A DNA stretch of 64,000 bases from contig CAZEYU010000004.1 in assembly GCA_964516395.1 (NCBI GenBank), positions 1,348 through 65,347 on the forward strand, read 5' to 3'. The notes under the pieces were generated by a model, which was not told where the DNA came from, did not search any database, and saw only the letters and a program-made list of their open reading frames with translations. A program made the position numbers and the translations under genes. This stretch comes from an uncultured Candidatus Thioglobus sp. (GTDB lineage: Bacteria; Pseudomonadota; Gammaproteobacteria; PS1; Pseudothioglobaceae). This document shows, piece after piece, positions 20,091 through 30,172 of this stretch (positions are counted from its first letter, which is position 1; the number at the start of each line of letters is the position of its first letter).

Positions 20091-20888
20091 ATGGCTAATA
20101 CACCTGACATTCTAAAAAAAATTATTGCCCGTAAAGAGCAAGAGATACTTGAAGCAAAAAAGCTTATCAATCCCGATAAGATGATGGAAAAAGCTTATGA
20201 AAATCGCAATACACGTGATTTTTTTTCAGCATTAAAAAACAAGGCTGACCTAGGGCAAAATGCTGTCATTGCTGAAATTAAAAAAGCTTCACCCTCAAAA
20301 GGTGTTTTGCGTGAAAATTTCAACGTCACTGAAATTGCTAAAAGCTATGAGACTCATGGCGCAGCTTGTTTGTCAGTACTGACTGATAAAGATTTTTTCC
20401 AAGGTGATGACCAATATCTGATTGATGCCCGGTCAGCTGTGTCATTACCAGTACTGCGTAAAGAATTTATTATTGAACCTTACCAAGTTTTTCAATCTAG
20501 AGCACTTGGCGCAGATTGTATCTTGCTCATTGCAGCTTGTTTGAGTGATAGTCAAATGGAAGATCTATCCATGTTGGCAATTACCTTAAAAATGGATGTT
20601 TTGGTTGAGGTTCATAACTTAGAAGAACTAAAGCGTACCATGGAATTACGCCTGCCAATGATTGGTATTAACAATAGAAATCTACGTACTTTTGAAGTAT
20701 CTCTACAAACCACACTTGACCTGCTTGATACTGCGGGTAGTGACACACTGGTTATTACTGAAAGTGGCATTTTGACCAAAGAAGATGTGTCATTAATGAA
20801 TGACAATGGCATTCATGGATTCTTGGTTGGAGAGGCATTTATGCGCCAAGATAATCCAGGTCAAGCCCTGCAGGAGATTTTTAAATGA
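20091..20888 (+). CDS. trpC: Indole-3-glycerol phosphate synthase
   Basis: IAEIKKASPSKG, LSVLTD, GINNRNL, ESGI. Confidence 0.96.
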   Translation: MANTPDILKKIIARKEQEILEAKKLINPDKMMEKAYENRNTRDFFSALKNKADLGQNAVIAEIKKASPSKGVLRENFNVTEIAKSYETHGAACLSVLTDKDFFQGDDQYLIDARSAVSLPVLRKEFIIEPYQVFQSRALGADCILLIAACLSDSQMEDLSMLAITLKMDVLVEVHNLEELKRTMELRLPMIGINNRNLRTFEVSLQTTLDLLDTAGSDTLVITESGILTKEDVSLMNDNGIHGFLVGEAFMRQDNPGQALQEIFK

Positions 20889-21298
20889 ATACAACTGTAA
20901 GATGGATTGATGGCATGATGATGACTGGCGAGTCTGCCAGTGGTCACGCCATAGTAATGGATGGTCCTGAAGAATTAGGCGGTAAAAATCTAGGTGTTCG
21001 GCCAATGGAGATGCTGTTATTAGGAATGGGAGGGTGCACGACAGTTGATGTGGTTTCTACGCTTAAAAAAATGCGTGAAGAGATAAGAAATTGCCGAGTA
21101 GAAATTTCAGCTGATCGAGCTGGTGAACACCCTAAAGTTTTTACCAAGATACACCTTCATTTTATTATTGAAGGCAGTAATCTAAATGATAAAAAAATTG
21201 CAAAAGCTGTTAGCCTTTCTGCTGATAAGTATTGCTCTGCCTCTATCATGTTAGGCAAAACAGCTGAGGTTACTCACGATTTTGAAATTCATGAATAA
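20885..21298 (+). CDS. OsmC/YhfA-family protein
   Basis: RPMEMLLLGMGGCT; KYCSAS. Confidence 0.9.
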   Translation: MNTTVRWIDGMMMTGESASGHAIVMDGPEELGGKNLGVRPMEMLLLGMGGCTTVDVVSTLKKMREEIRNCRVEISADRAGEHPKVFTKIHLHFIIEGSNLNDKKIAKAVSLSADKYCSASIMLGKTAEVTHDFEIHE

Positions 21299-21512
21299 TA
21301 CTTGGGGTTGGCTTGGTACAATTACCGGCATTATTGGCGGACTACTGGTTGCACTGAATTTCGAATTCTCAAAATTTGGCTATATTTTTTTCATGGTTTC
21401 AGCCATTAGTTGGATTGTCCAAGGTGCTAAAAATAATGACAATTCGCTGGTATTGTTAAATGCTGTTTTTGTGTGTGTTAACACGTTAGGTCTTTATCGT
21501 TGGTTTTCTTAA
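21291..21512 (+). CDS. Small multi-pass membrane hypothetical protein
   Basis: About 3 hydrophobic segments; overlaps both neighbours. Confidence 0.6.
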   Translation: MNNTWGWLGTITGIIGGLLVALNFEFSKFGYIFFMVSAISWIVQGAKNNDNSLVLLNAVFVCVNTLGLYRWFS

Positions 21513-21922
21513 ATCGCTACCTGCTCTACCTTTTTACTGTCACTCTTAGCATTGGTGCATTTGCTAATGACACCCAGCCTTCTACTGCTGATATTAATGA
21601 AAAAGTTGAATCTCTAGATTCTGAAATCCTAGATTTAGAAATTAGTTATGAAATGGGTATAGATGCATTTGACATCAACCTGGAAGCAGAAGATATTAGC
21701 AATCAGCTGCTATACCATGAATATCAACTTGGCACCCCCAAGGGCGACGATGAGCAATGGAATGAATCTGAACAAATGATTCTTGAGGCAAAAATCAAAC
21801 TTCAGGCGTTACAAGAAAAAATTAAAGTTGAAGGCGATTGGGGCCAATTACGCTTTAGAGTTCAAGATTTTGGAGGCTCTGATCCAGGTGCAATGAAGAT
21901 TAGATATAACTACGGCTTTTAA
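21500..21922 (+). CDS. Exported acidic hypothetical protein
   Basis: Signal peptide (AFA); C-terminal YNYGF. Confidence 0.6.
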   Translation: MVFLNRYLLYLFTVTLSIGAFANDTQPSTADINEKVESLDSEILDLEISYEMGIDAFDINLEAEDISNQLLYHEYQLGTPKGDDEQWNESEQMILEAKIKLQALQEKIKVEGDWGQLRFRVQDFGGSDPGAMKIRYNYGF

Positions 21923-21972
21923 AAAACTGAGTATTTAAATTTTAAGTTTTTAGCGTATAATATTTTTTTCAC

Positions 21973-22064
21973 GGAGAGTTGGCCGAGTGGCTGAAGGCGC
22001 GCCCCTGCTAAGGGTGTATAGGGTTTATCCCCTATCGAGGGTTCAAATCCCTCACTCTCCGCCA
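21973..22064 (+). tRNA. tRNA-Ser(GCT)
   Basis: GGAGAGT/ACTCTCC acceptor stem + GCCA; anticodon loop CT-GCT-AA; long variable arm; GGTTCAAATCC T-arm. Confidence 0.95.
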
Positions 22065-22085
22065 TTATTAAAATTCTCTATGATC

Positions 22086-22865
22086 ATGACAGACACGCCT
22101 CTTGTAATTGCCGGAAAAACTTATAACTCTCGCTTATTAGTTGGCTCAGGAAAATATAAAGATTTAACTGAAACCAAATTAGCAACTGATGCTGCCGAAG
22201 CTGATATTATTACTGTTGCTATTCGTCGCACCAATATTGGTCAAGATGCAAATGAGCCTAATTTACTGGATGTTATTTCACCAGAAAAATATACGATTTT
22301 GCCAAATACTGCGGGTTGCTATACCGCTAAAGACGCAGTAAGAACTTGCCAACTAGCACGTGAGTTACTAGGTGGGCATAATCTGGTGAAGCTTGAAGTA
22401 TTGGGTGATGAAAAAACCCTATACCCTAATATTGTAGAAACATTAGCGGCAGCAAAAATTTTAGTAGATGATGGATTCGATGTCATGGTTTACACCAGTG
22501 ATGATCCGATTGTTGCTAAAGAATTGGAAAATATTGGCTGTGCTGCAGTAATGCCACTAGCATCTCTTATTGGCTCAGGCCAAGGCATTGCCAACCCCGC
22601 CAATATCAAACTTATTAAAGAACAAGCTAATGTGCCTGTACTGGTAGATGCTGGCATCGGTTGTGCAACGGATGCAGCTCGCGCTATGGAGCTAGGTTGT
22701 GATGGCGTACTTATGAACTCAGCAATTGCTAATGCTCAAGATCCAATTCTAATGGCAAGTGCAATGAAACATGCTGTTATTGCTGGTCGTGAATCTCACC
22801 TTGCTGGGCGTATGATGAAAAAAGCCTACGCTTCTGCCTCATCGCCAATGGAAAATTTGATCTAA
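22086..22865 (+). CDS. thiG: Thiazole synthase
   Basis: [31 protein letters not shown]; start trimmed to exclude the tRNA. Confidence 0.96.
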   Translation: MTDTPLVIAGKTYNSRLLVGSGKYKDLTETKLATDAAEADIITVAIRRTNIGQDANEPNLLDVISPEKYTILPNTAGCYTAKDAVRTCQLARELLGGHNLVKLEVLGDEKTLYPNIVETLAAAKILVDDGFDVMVYTSDDPIVAKELENIGCAAVMPLASLIGSGQGIANPANIKLIKEQANVPVLVDAGIGCATDAARAMELGCDGVLMNSAIANAQDPILMASAMKHAVIAGRESHLAGRMMKKAYASASSPMENLI

Positions 22866-22870
22866 ACCCT

Positions 22871-23101
22871 ATGGGTAATTCACTTTGGTTTATTACCCTA
22901 TTGCAAGAAAAACCGCTGATTGGTTTTATAATTGGCCTAATTTTTCTAGCTTTTATGTTTGACTCAAAAAATTTAATTGTTTATTTCTACGCCAAAAGAA
23001 AAAAGAAAGCTTTAATTAATTACTCTCAATGCACTGGTATTTTTAATAAAAACAAGTCCATCATAACGATAATCAATCACTACCGGCATATAATTTTTTG
23101 A
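22871..23101 (+). CDS. Possible small membrane protein
   Basis: Hydrophobic helix then a basic stretch; 3' end overlaps the opposite-strand gene by ~90 bp. Confidence 0.35.
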   Translation: MGNSLWFITLLQEKPLIGFIIGLIFLAFMFDSKNLIVYFYAKRKKKALINYSQCTGIFNKNKSIITIINHYRHIIF

Positions 23102-24334
23102 CTCATCCTTGGGGTTATAAACCACGCCAATTGCTCTGTGCTTTGTAATTAATGATTGAGCTGGGTAACCTTTATTTTTTTGATTAAAGACAAAATAAAA
23201 CTTATCAGCATCAAACTTACTTAAGACATTCTCAAAACTATCATGTTGGGCATTTGGTAAATCCATTATTTGCCTATTTTCTCCCCAAGCGTTAGCTGCT
23301 AATACCTCTCCATCATCAGTACTAAACCCAAGGAGAAATACTGGAACTTGTTTTTGCATTTTTTTAGCCAAATAACCCATGGTTATCGATCCTGGAGAAT
23401 AAGACGATGGCGTTGCTTCAACATTGCCAATATGTGTATTGTGCGCCCAAATAATAGCTTTGGTATTTTTTCCATAAAGTCTAATTAGTCTTAAGACACT
23501 TTGCCACATATGCATAGATCTAACATTCCAAGAAACGGTCTGATTATAATCATTCCAACGATAAAATCTTTCAGCATTACGAATTACTAAAGCATTTTGC
23601 CAAGCATTAAACTTATCAAAACCTGTATATGGCTGATAATCAATCAGCCTAAGCAATAACTTAACAGCATTTTCAATATTTTTACTACAAGAAAAATCTC
23701 TACTTTCTACCTGATCAGACCAACTGTCTTGCTCTTGGTTGGTAAAACATAAAAGTTTTTCTTTGAATGTTGAATAATAAACTGGAAAATGCTGACCAAC
23801 AAATGTCAATACACGATCAATTGCAGTGTCTGGTTCGTATAAATCCAGGCCATAAAATCCAACTTTATTATATTCTGGTTGATTTTTATTGAAATCTTTA
23901 ATCCACTCTACCAGCTCTTCAACAGGTTGATTTTTCCACATCCACTCTGGCCAATTGTCAAAACTCTTGAGAACTTCTTTGGCCGAAGAGTATTTGTTTG
24001 AATACCCTTTTATATAATCATTTATCTTAAGCATAAAATTCCAAGGCGCTTCAACAGCAATAAACTTAAACCCATGATTCTTAATTAAATCTTTTGTTAT
24101 TGATACACGAACATCATAAAATTCTTGTGTTCCGTGTGTGGATTCACCTAATAAAACTAATTGCTGTTTTGCAGCAGTATTAACCAATGGCTTTAAATCT
24201 TTATTTGAATCAAAAACAATTGCCTTGTTGGCATAATGATTAAATAACTGACTTTGATCGGCCGATACAGCACTAAGAGGTAATAGCTGCAATAAAACAG
24301 CAAGGATAATAAACTTTGGTCGCCCTATCTTCAT
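23012..24334 (-). CDS. Erythromycin-esterase-family protein with signal peptide
   Basis: LLGESTHGTQEFY, IAVE, WPEWMW, FYGLD, WNVRS.HM, IIWAHNTHIG, RAIGVVY, YDGLVFI. Confidence 0.88.
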   Translation of the reverse strand: MKIGRPKFIILAVLLQLLPLSAVSADQSQLFNHYANKAIVFDSNKDLKPLVNTAAKQQLVLLGESTHGTQEFYDVRVSITKDLIKNHGFKFIAVEAPWNFMLKINDYIKGYSNKYSSAKEVLKSFDNWPEWMWKNQPVEELVEWIKDFNKNQPEYNKVGFYGLDLYEPDTAIDRVLTFVGQHFPVYYSTFKEKLLCFTNQEQDSWSDQVESRDFSCSKNIENAVKLLLRLIDYQPYTGFDKFNAWQNALVIRNAERFYRWNDYNQTVSWNVRSMHMWQSVLRLIRLYGKNTKAIIWAHNTHIGNVEATPSSYSPGSITMGYLAKKMQKQVPVFLLGFSTDDGEVLAANAWGENRQIMDLPNAQHDSFENVLSKFDADKFYFVFNQKNKGYPAQSLITKHRAIGVVYNPKDESKNYMPVVIDYRYDGLVFIKNTSALRVIN

Positions 24335-24391
24335 AACACCCTTTATTCTACACTTAGTTATGAGATGGGTATTAAAACAACAATATAAGAC

Positions 24392-24712
24392 TTAATTTAA
24401 AAAATCTTTAACAGATGTTTCTTCTTTTGGTTTTTTTACTCTAATGCCAGGCTTTGCGATAATTTCTAAGAAAAAAGAATCCAGCCCTTCTGCATCTGCT
24501 TCAGAAATAACTTTATTCATTTCTGCAACATGGACTTCACTACAGGTGTTTTCATTGGCACCATAGCGGCAATCAAAATCCCAAAAATCAACATTTTCAG
24601 GTAATTTTTTATTACGCTCACGCTTAATATATTTTTTTACCTCATGCTTAATTGCTTCAACCATTCTAGGTCTTTGTTTTTTGGGATGTGAAAAACTAAA
24701 GGTTTTTTTCAT
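24392..24712 (-). CDS. DUF6172-like hypothetical protein
   Basis: MKKTF...AIKHEVKKYIKRERNKKLPENVDFWDFDC; start trimmed. Confidence 0.7.
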   Translation of the reverse strand: MKKTFSFSHPKKQRPRMVEAIKHEVKKYIKRERNKKLPENVDFWDFDCRYGANENTCSEVHVAEMNKVISEADAEGLDSFFLEIIAKPGIRVKKPKEETSVKDFLN

Positions 24713-24788
24713 GACTAACTCAGGAGCAATAACAATAGGATAATTATATTGTATTATTAACTCGCACCACAAACGATAAAATAGCTTT

Positions 24789-25898
24789 ATGGATTTTTTA
24801 AAAACACTCTCAGATCTAAAAAAGAACAATCTTTATAGATCCAGAAAAATCACCTCTGGTGCGCAAGATGCGCAGATTATTATCAATGGAAAGTCAGTAA
24901 TAAACTTCTGTTCAAATGATTATTTATCACTTGCTAATCATCCAAAAATAAAAGAAGCACTAAAACAAGGTGTTGATGAGTACGGCGTAGGTTCTGGCGC
25001 ATCACATTTGGTTAGTGGTCATTCTAAAGCTCATCATGAATTAGAGGAAGCTTTAGCCAATTACACAGGACAAGATCGAGCCTTACTATTCTCTACTGGA
25101 TACAGTGCCAATTTAGGTATTTTTTCAGCACTTAAAGATGAGCTTGATTGGATATTGCAAGATAAGCTTAACCACGCCTCCTTAATTGACGCCAATCATT
25201 TAATCGGTCTGCCATTGCAGCGCTATTTACATAATGATATTTCTTCACTTGAGAAAAAAATAAAAAAACAAACCGGACAAGGCATGATTGTGACCGATAG
25301 CGTATTTAGTATGGATGGTGATCAGGCAAACATTGATGATTTGCAAAAAATCGGAAATTTTTCCAATGCTATTGTCATGCAGGATGATGCGCACGGATTT
25401 GGCATATTCAAACCAAATATTCCGCAAAACTCCATCTATATGGCCACTTTAGGCAAAGCAGCAGGCACAATGGGTGCTTTTGTGGCTGGAAATGATGATT
25501 TTATTGAATTTTTAATTCAAAAATCTCGTCCTTACATCTACACAACAGCAATATCACCTGCAATTTGCGTAGCAACACTTAAAAGTTTAGAACTTATAAA
25601 AGAAGGCGAACAAAAAGCCAAATTAATAACCAATATTAATTTTTTCCAAAATTTTTCTACCGCACTAGGGCTGCCCATTGAAAAATCAAATAGTGCGATC
25701 CAACCACTAATTATTGGAGAGAGTGAAAAAGCATTAAACATTAGCAAAAAATTATTTGACCAAGGTTTTTATGTGAGTGCTATTCGCCCACCTACTGTGC
25801 CAAAAAATACAGCACGCCTTAGAATGACGCTCAGCGCTGAACATACGCAAGACCAAATCGAACAATTGTTAGTTGCCGTTAAAAATGCTCTACAGTAA
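24789..25898 (+). CDS. bioF: 8-amino-7-oxononanoate synthase
   Basis: FCSNDYL, GSGASHLVSG, FSMDGD, DDAHG, TLGKA, IRPPTVP. Confidence 0.95.
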   Translation: MDFLKTLSDLKKNNLYRSRKITSGAQDAQIIINGKSVINFCSNDYLSLANHPKIKEALKQGVDEYGVGSGASHLVSGHSKAHHELEEALANYTGQDRALLFSTGYSANLGIFSALKDELDWILQDKLNHASLIDANHLIGLPLQRYLHNDISSLEKKIKKQTGQGMIVTDSVFSMDGDQANIDDLQKIGNFSNAIVMQDDAHGFGIFKPNIPQNSIYMATLGKAAGTMGAFVAGNDDFIEFLIQKSRPYIYTTAISPAICVATLKSLELIKEGEQKAKLITNINFFQNFSTALGLPIEKSNSAIQPLIIGESEKALNISKKLFDQGFYVSAIRPPTVPKNTARLRMTLSAEHTQDQIEQLLVAVKNALQ

Positions 25899-26583
25899 AA
25901 CTATTGGAAATGGTCCAGAGCTAGTATTACTGCACGGTTGGGGCTTTAATTCAGAATTGTTTAATGATCTTATTATTAAATACCAAGATCAATACCGCAT
26001 GACTAAAATTGATCTTCCTGGACATGGAAGAAGTAATAATATTGATGGCGAGCTAGATGAATGGTGTGATGAAATTATTAAAATTTTGCCAAAAAATCCA
26101 ATATTATTAGGCTGGTCATTAGGTGGCTTATTAGCCATTAATATTGCTAAAAAAATAACGATTTCTGAACTGATACTAGTTGCCTCTACACCTAATTTTG
26201 TGCAATCAGAAAACTGGAGCTATGGTATTGATAAAAATAATTTTGAGCAATTTTCCAATACATTGCAACTAAATTTATCTAAAGGTTTAAAACGCTTTGT
26301 TAGTTTGCAAACCCAAGATAAATCACAATTGAAATCTTTAAATAAATTCATTGATCAATACCCAGCTACGACAAAATCCCTCAATCAAGGTTTGGAAATT
26401 CTACTCTCATCAGATTTAACCCAAGCATTACTAAATTTATCTATTCCAATTAAAGCTGTACTGGGAAAGAAAGACACGTTAGTACCAAGTAAAATTAGCC
26501 AGTGGTACATGCAAGAAAATATTACCGTACAAGTGCTAGACACCGGGCACATTCCTTTTTTAGACAATGGTTTTTTATTATGA
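25885..26583 (+). CDS. bioH: Pimeloyl-ACP methyl ester carboxylesterase
   Basis: LLHGWG, DLPGHG, GWSLGG, DTLVP, GHIPF; follows bioF. Confidence 0.9.
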   Translation: MLYSKTIGNGPELVLLHGWGFNSELFNDLIIKYQDQYRMTKIDLPGHGRSNNIDGELDEWCDEIIKILPKNPILLGWSLGGLLAINIAKKITISELILVASTPNFVQSENWSYGIDKNNFEQFSNTLQLNLSKGLKRFVSLQTQDKSQLKSLNKFIDQYPATTKSLNQGLEILLSSDLTQALLNLSIPIKAVLGKKDTLVPSKISQWYMQENITVQVLDTGHIPFLDNGFLL

Positions 26584-27188
26584 ATAACACGACATCTACC
26601 GCACCAATATTGTTATTAGTTTTTATTGTATTTTGGTTGGCGCTTGCTATCAATCCATTTGATAGAGAGGTTTGGGTTGCTGAAAATATTATTTTAATTA
26701 TTTGTATTACTTATCTGTTTTTAAGATACCAACAACATCGCAGACTTTCAAATACTTCTTATTGGCTTGTTTTTATATTTTGCTTATTGCAAACCATTGG
26801 TGCTCACTATACTTACGCAGAAGTTCCTTTTGGATTTTGGATGGCTGATTTATTTGACATTCAGCGCAATCATTATGATCGATTAGTACATTTCTTTTTT
26901 GGTTTCTTGGTAATACTGCCATTTAAAGAAACACTTAGTAGATCAGCATCTTTTTTAAGTCGAAAATCTGAGATATTTATTTTAGTAATGTTGTTTATTG
27001 GCATTAGTGCAAGTTATGAAATATTGGAGTTTTGGTATGCTATTATTTATGAAAAGGAAAGCGCTGCCAATATGGTGCTTGGATCACAAGGAGATATCTG
27101 GGATGCTGAAAAAGATGTTTTTCTTGCTGGTTTAGGCGCTTGGCTATATTTATTTTTATTTACAAAAAACTCAACAAAAATTCTATAA
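26580..27188 (+). CDS. DUF2238 (YjdF-like) membrane protein
   Basis: GAHYTYAEVP, RNHYDRLVHF, YEILE, LGSQGDIWDAEKD. Confidence 0.85.
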   Translation: MNNTTSTAPILLLVFIVFWLALAINPFDREVWVAENIILIICITYLFLRYQQHRRLSNTSYWLVFIFCLLQTIGAHYTYAEVPFGFWMADLFDIQRNHYDRLVHFFFGFLVILPFKETLSRSASFLSRKSEIFILVMLFIGISASYEILEFWYAIIYEKESAANMVLGSQGDIWDAEKDVFLAGLGAWLYLFLFTKNSTKIL

Positions 27189-27191
27189 AAA

Positions 27192-27779
27192 CTATCTTAT
27201 TTTTGCTTTATTTCTATGAGTCTTTAGATCGCACACATAAGCATCTGCATCTGCATAATCAATAAAACTCCAATACCTATCATGTGGATTTTTAACCATC
27301 CTAGCATGTTTAATAGGACACCAATATTGCTCTGTTATTGATGCCAATTCACCCACATAACTTAACAAGCCATTTGCATAGCCGCAATAAACACAATTAA
27401 TTTTTTCAAAAAAATTCAAATATCCTAATTTATGGCGATCAATAACGACATAATCACTTCTTTTAATCTTTTGCATTTTATAAAGCGGAAAACAAATAAA
27501 CTGATACAAAAATGCAAACAAATCAAGCAACAACAATGGAATGATCATTATGTAAATAATGGGTGCTGTTATAACAAATAAAGGATTAGCATTTAGAATG
27601 TAGCTCAAAACACCTGTTTTTAGCTTTTTATGAGTTTGATGTAATACTAGCTCAAAGCTTACTTTTCTTTTATTTAGCTGATAATTAAACGCCGATCTTT
27701 TTATTTCAACCTCTTTTTCAAGACCTTCTTTAATGTTGTTAAATTGTTCAATTAACTCTTTTAGTGTTGTGCTGCTCAT
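27192..27779 (-). CDS. Hypothetical membrane protein with Cys motifs
   Basis: TM segment; DRHKL, KINCVYCGYANG, EQYWCPIKH. Confidence 0.7.
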   Translation of the reverse strand: MSSTTLKELIEQFNNIKEGLEKEVEIKRSAFNYQLNKRKVSFELVLHQTHKKLKTGVLSYILNANPLFVITAPIIYIMIIPLLLLDLFAFLYQFICFPLYKMQKIKRSDYVVIDRHKLGYLNFFEKINCVYCGYANGLLSYVGELASITEQYWCPIKHARMVKNPHDRYWSFIDYADADAYVCDLKTHRNKAKIR

Positions 27780-27881
27780 AGTAAAAAAGACCTTAATAAA
27801 TTCAATATTGGTATCGATTTTAACTCTTAGCATACAAACAAAGTATAATTCCCTTATATTTAATCTTGATCAAGGATGATT

Positions 27882-28370
27882 ATGAGTGCGTTAGTTGGTG
27901 TTATTATGGGGTCAAAATCTGATTGGCCAACCATGAAAAATGCAGTAGAAATGTTAGAAGAGTTTGGTGTACCACACGAGGTTCAAGTAGTATCTGCACA
28001 TCGAACGCCCGATCTTATGTTTGACTATGCCTCAAGCGCTGAAGAAAAAGGATTAAAAGTTATTATTGCTGGTGCTGGTGGTGCGGCGCACTTGCCTGGT
28101 ATGGTGGCCGCTAAAACTATTGTACCGGTACTGGGTGTGCCTGTTCAATCTCGCGCTCTTAGTGGCCAAGATTCACTACTTTCTATTGCACAAATGCCAG
28201 GTGGCATACCAGTAGGCACTTTAGCCATTGGTGATGCAGGTGCTAAAAATGCTGGCATTTTAGCCGCACAAATTGTTGGCAATGAAGATACCGCTATTAG
28301 AGCCAAAGTGTCTGCTTTTAGGGCCAAACAAACACAAGATGTCCTTAATAATCCAAACCCACAAGACTAA
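27882..28370 (+). CDS. purE: N5-CAIR mutase
   Basis: [25 protein letters not shown]. Confidence 0.97.
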   Translation: MSALVGVIMGSKSDWPTMKNAVEMLEEFGVPHEVQVVSAHRTPDLMFDYASSAEEKGLKVIIAGAGGAAHLPGMVAAKTIVPVLGVPVQSRALSGQDSLLSIAQMPGGIPVGTLAIGDAGAKNAGILAAQIVGNEDTAIRAKVSAFRAKQTQDVLNNPNPQD

Positions 28371-28373
28371 CCA

Positions 28374-29462
28374 ATGAAAATAGGTGTTTTAGGCGCTGGA
28401 CAACTTGGTAGGATGCTAGCCATTAGTGGCTATCCACTGAGCCACCAATTTGGCTTTTCTGGTAATAACCATCAAGAACCTTCATCACTTTTAGGCCATA
28501 TGTTTGCGCTTGAAGACAGCGCTGATAATATTGAATCACTCGTTGCTTTTGCTGATGTAATTACTTACGAAAGTGAAAATACAGATGTGGATGCAGTTAA
28601 AGAAATCAGAAAAAATGTGCCAGTCTATCCTGGTGAAAAATCTTTATTCATCACTCAGCATCGTGGTCGAGAAAAAGCCTTGTTTGATCAGCTCAATATT
28701 CCTTGTGCACCTTATCAAATGGTGGGTTCTGAACAGGATTTAATTGATGCCATAGATAAAATCGGTTTGCCTGCTATTTTAAAAACTGCCACTGAAGGTT
28801 ACGATGGTAAAGGTCAATTCTTAATACAGGATAAAGACCAAACTGCCAAAGCTTGGAAAAGCATGAACGGCGTTGAGTCAATCCTTGAAGGGTTTGTTGC
28901 CTTTAAGCGTGAGCTATCTTTAATTGCAGTACGTGGTATTGATAACGATCATAAATACTATCCCCTGGTTGAAAACACACACCATGATGGGATTTTAAGA
29001 CTAACCACTGCTCCTGCTCAAAATATTGATTCTGAAGTGCAAAAAACTGCTGAGCATTACATGCAAACTCTACTTGATGAAATGAATCATGTTGGTGTAC
29101 TCACCATTGAGTTATTTGAAACCGAAGATGGCTTGGTAGCTAATGAAATGGCGCCACGTGTACACAACTCTGGACACTGGAGTATTGAAGGTGCTAACAC
29201 TTCTCAGTTTGAAAATCATATTCGCGCCATTACCGGAATGCCACTTGGCGATACCACACCCACACACGCCTTTAGCGCAATGGTGAATATTATTGGCAAT
29301 TATGGTCCTACTGACATTGCACTTAATATGCCCAATGCACACTTGCACTTGTACGACAAATCAGAACGTACTGATCGAAAGCTTGGACATATTAATATTA
29401 CTGCGAATTCGCAAGCTGAGCTAGACGAAAGTATTAAAAAACTAAAAGACTTTTTGCCTTAA
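28374..29462 (+). CDS. purK: N5-CAIR synthase
   Basis: GAGQLGRM, GYDGKGQ, NEMAPRVHNSGHW, RKLGH. Confidence 0.97.
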   Translation: MKIGVLGAGQLGRMLAISGYPLSHQFGFSGNNHQEPSSLLGHMFALEDSADNIESLVAFADVITYESENTDVDAVKEIRKNVPVYPGEKSLFITQHRGREKALFDQLNIPCAPYQMVGSEQDLIDAIDKIGLPAILKTATEGYDGKGQFLIQDKDQTAKAWKSMNGVESILEGFVAFKRELSLIAVRGIDNDHKYYPLVENTHHDGILRLTTAPAQNIDSEVQKTAEHYMQTLLDEMNHVGVLTIELFETEDGLVANEMAPRVHNSGHWSIEGANTSQFENHIRAITGMPLGDTTPTHAFSAMVNIIGNYGPTDIALNMPNAHLHLYDKSERTDRKLGHINITANSQAELDESIKKLKDFLP

Positions 29463-29794
29463 TCTTTGTTGAGCTCTTTAAACTGCTCCGCTAATCCAGT
29501 TTCTAATTGATAAGCTTCTTTTTCACTAATGGACTTATCGCGCAGATGTTGGATTACATGAATCATTTCATGGCAAAAAGCAGTAATAAACTGATCTGTT
29601 GTTAGATTTTTTTCAATATCAATATAAAATTTACCTTCGCCTTCATGATCAGTCCACGCCTGAGCATGTTCAAGGTCTTGAATTCTAAGATCAATATCGA
29701 CTGATTTTTTAATACTTAATTCTTGAGAGCAAAAATCATAAAGATCCCTGGCTAACTCTATTTGAGACTGAGTGCCGCCATCAACATAGATCAT
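29459..29794 (-). CDS. Small HEXXH putative metallopeptidase
   Basis: FCHEMIHVIQ followed by SEKEAY. Confidence 0.7.
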   Translation of the reverse strand: MIYVDGGTQSQIELARDLYDFCSQELSIKKSVDIDLRIQDLEHAQAWTDHEGEGKFYIDIEKNLTTDQFITAFCHEMIHVIQHLRDKSISEKEAYQLETGLAEQFKELNKD

Positions 29795-29797
29795 GTA

Positions 29798-30172
29798 TTA
29801 GCCAAATTTTTTCTGCAAATAATCCTCGATGTCGCTAGATTCAAACATCCACTCAACTTCATCGCCACTGGTGATTTTCAAACAAGGCACTTGAACTTTA
29901 CCCGTTTCTTTTTGCATTTCATCTCGAAACTCACTACCAACAGTTTGAGCATTACGCGTAACAATATTTAAATTTAAACGTCTAATAACTCGACGAGTCT
30001 TAATACAAAATGGGCAGCCAAAAAATTGATAGAGCTTGATATTGGCAGTTTGCTCATCTACTTGTTGCTGTTGTTCCTTGCTGCGCTTTACTTTAGAAAC
30101 TGGAATTAGCCAACTAATAAATGCAATAATAGCACCTAAGCCATTTCTAAAGCCTTTTAATAATAATTTCAT
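29798..30172 (-). CDS. Glutaredoxin-like protein
   Basis: CPFC, KVQVPCL, FESSDI. Confidence 0.85.
   Translation of the reverse strand: MKLLLKGFRNGLGAIIAFISWLIPVSKVKRSKEQQQQVDEQTANIKLYQFFGCPFCIKTRRVIRRLNLNIVTRNAQTVGSEFRDEMQKETGKVQVPCLKITSGDEVEWMFESSDIEDYLQKKFG

Noticed and set aside
21987..22085. N-terminal extension of the thiG ORF (MAEGAPLL...)
   Set aside because: It is an in-frame read through tRNA-Ser; ThiG similarity starts at MTDTPL.
21973..24334. Genomic island integrated at tRNA-Ser
   Set aside because: thiG follows the tRNA directly; no integrase and no duplicated tRNA 3' end seen.
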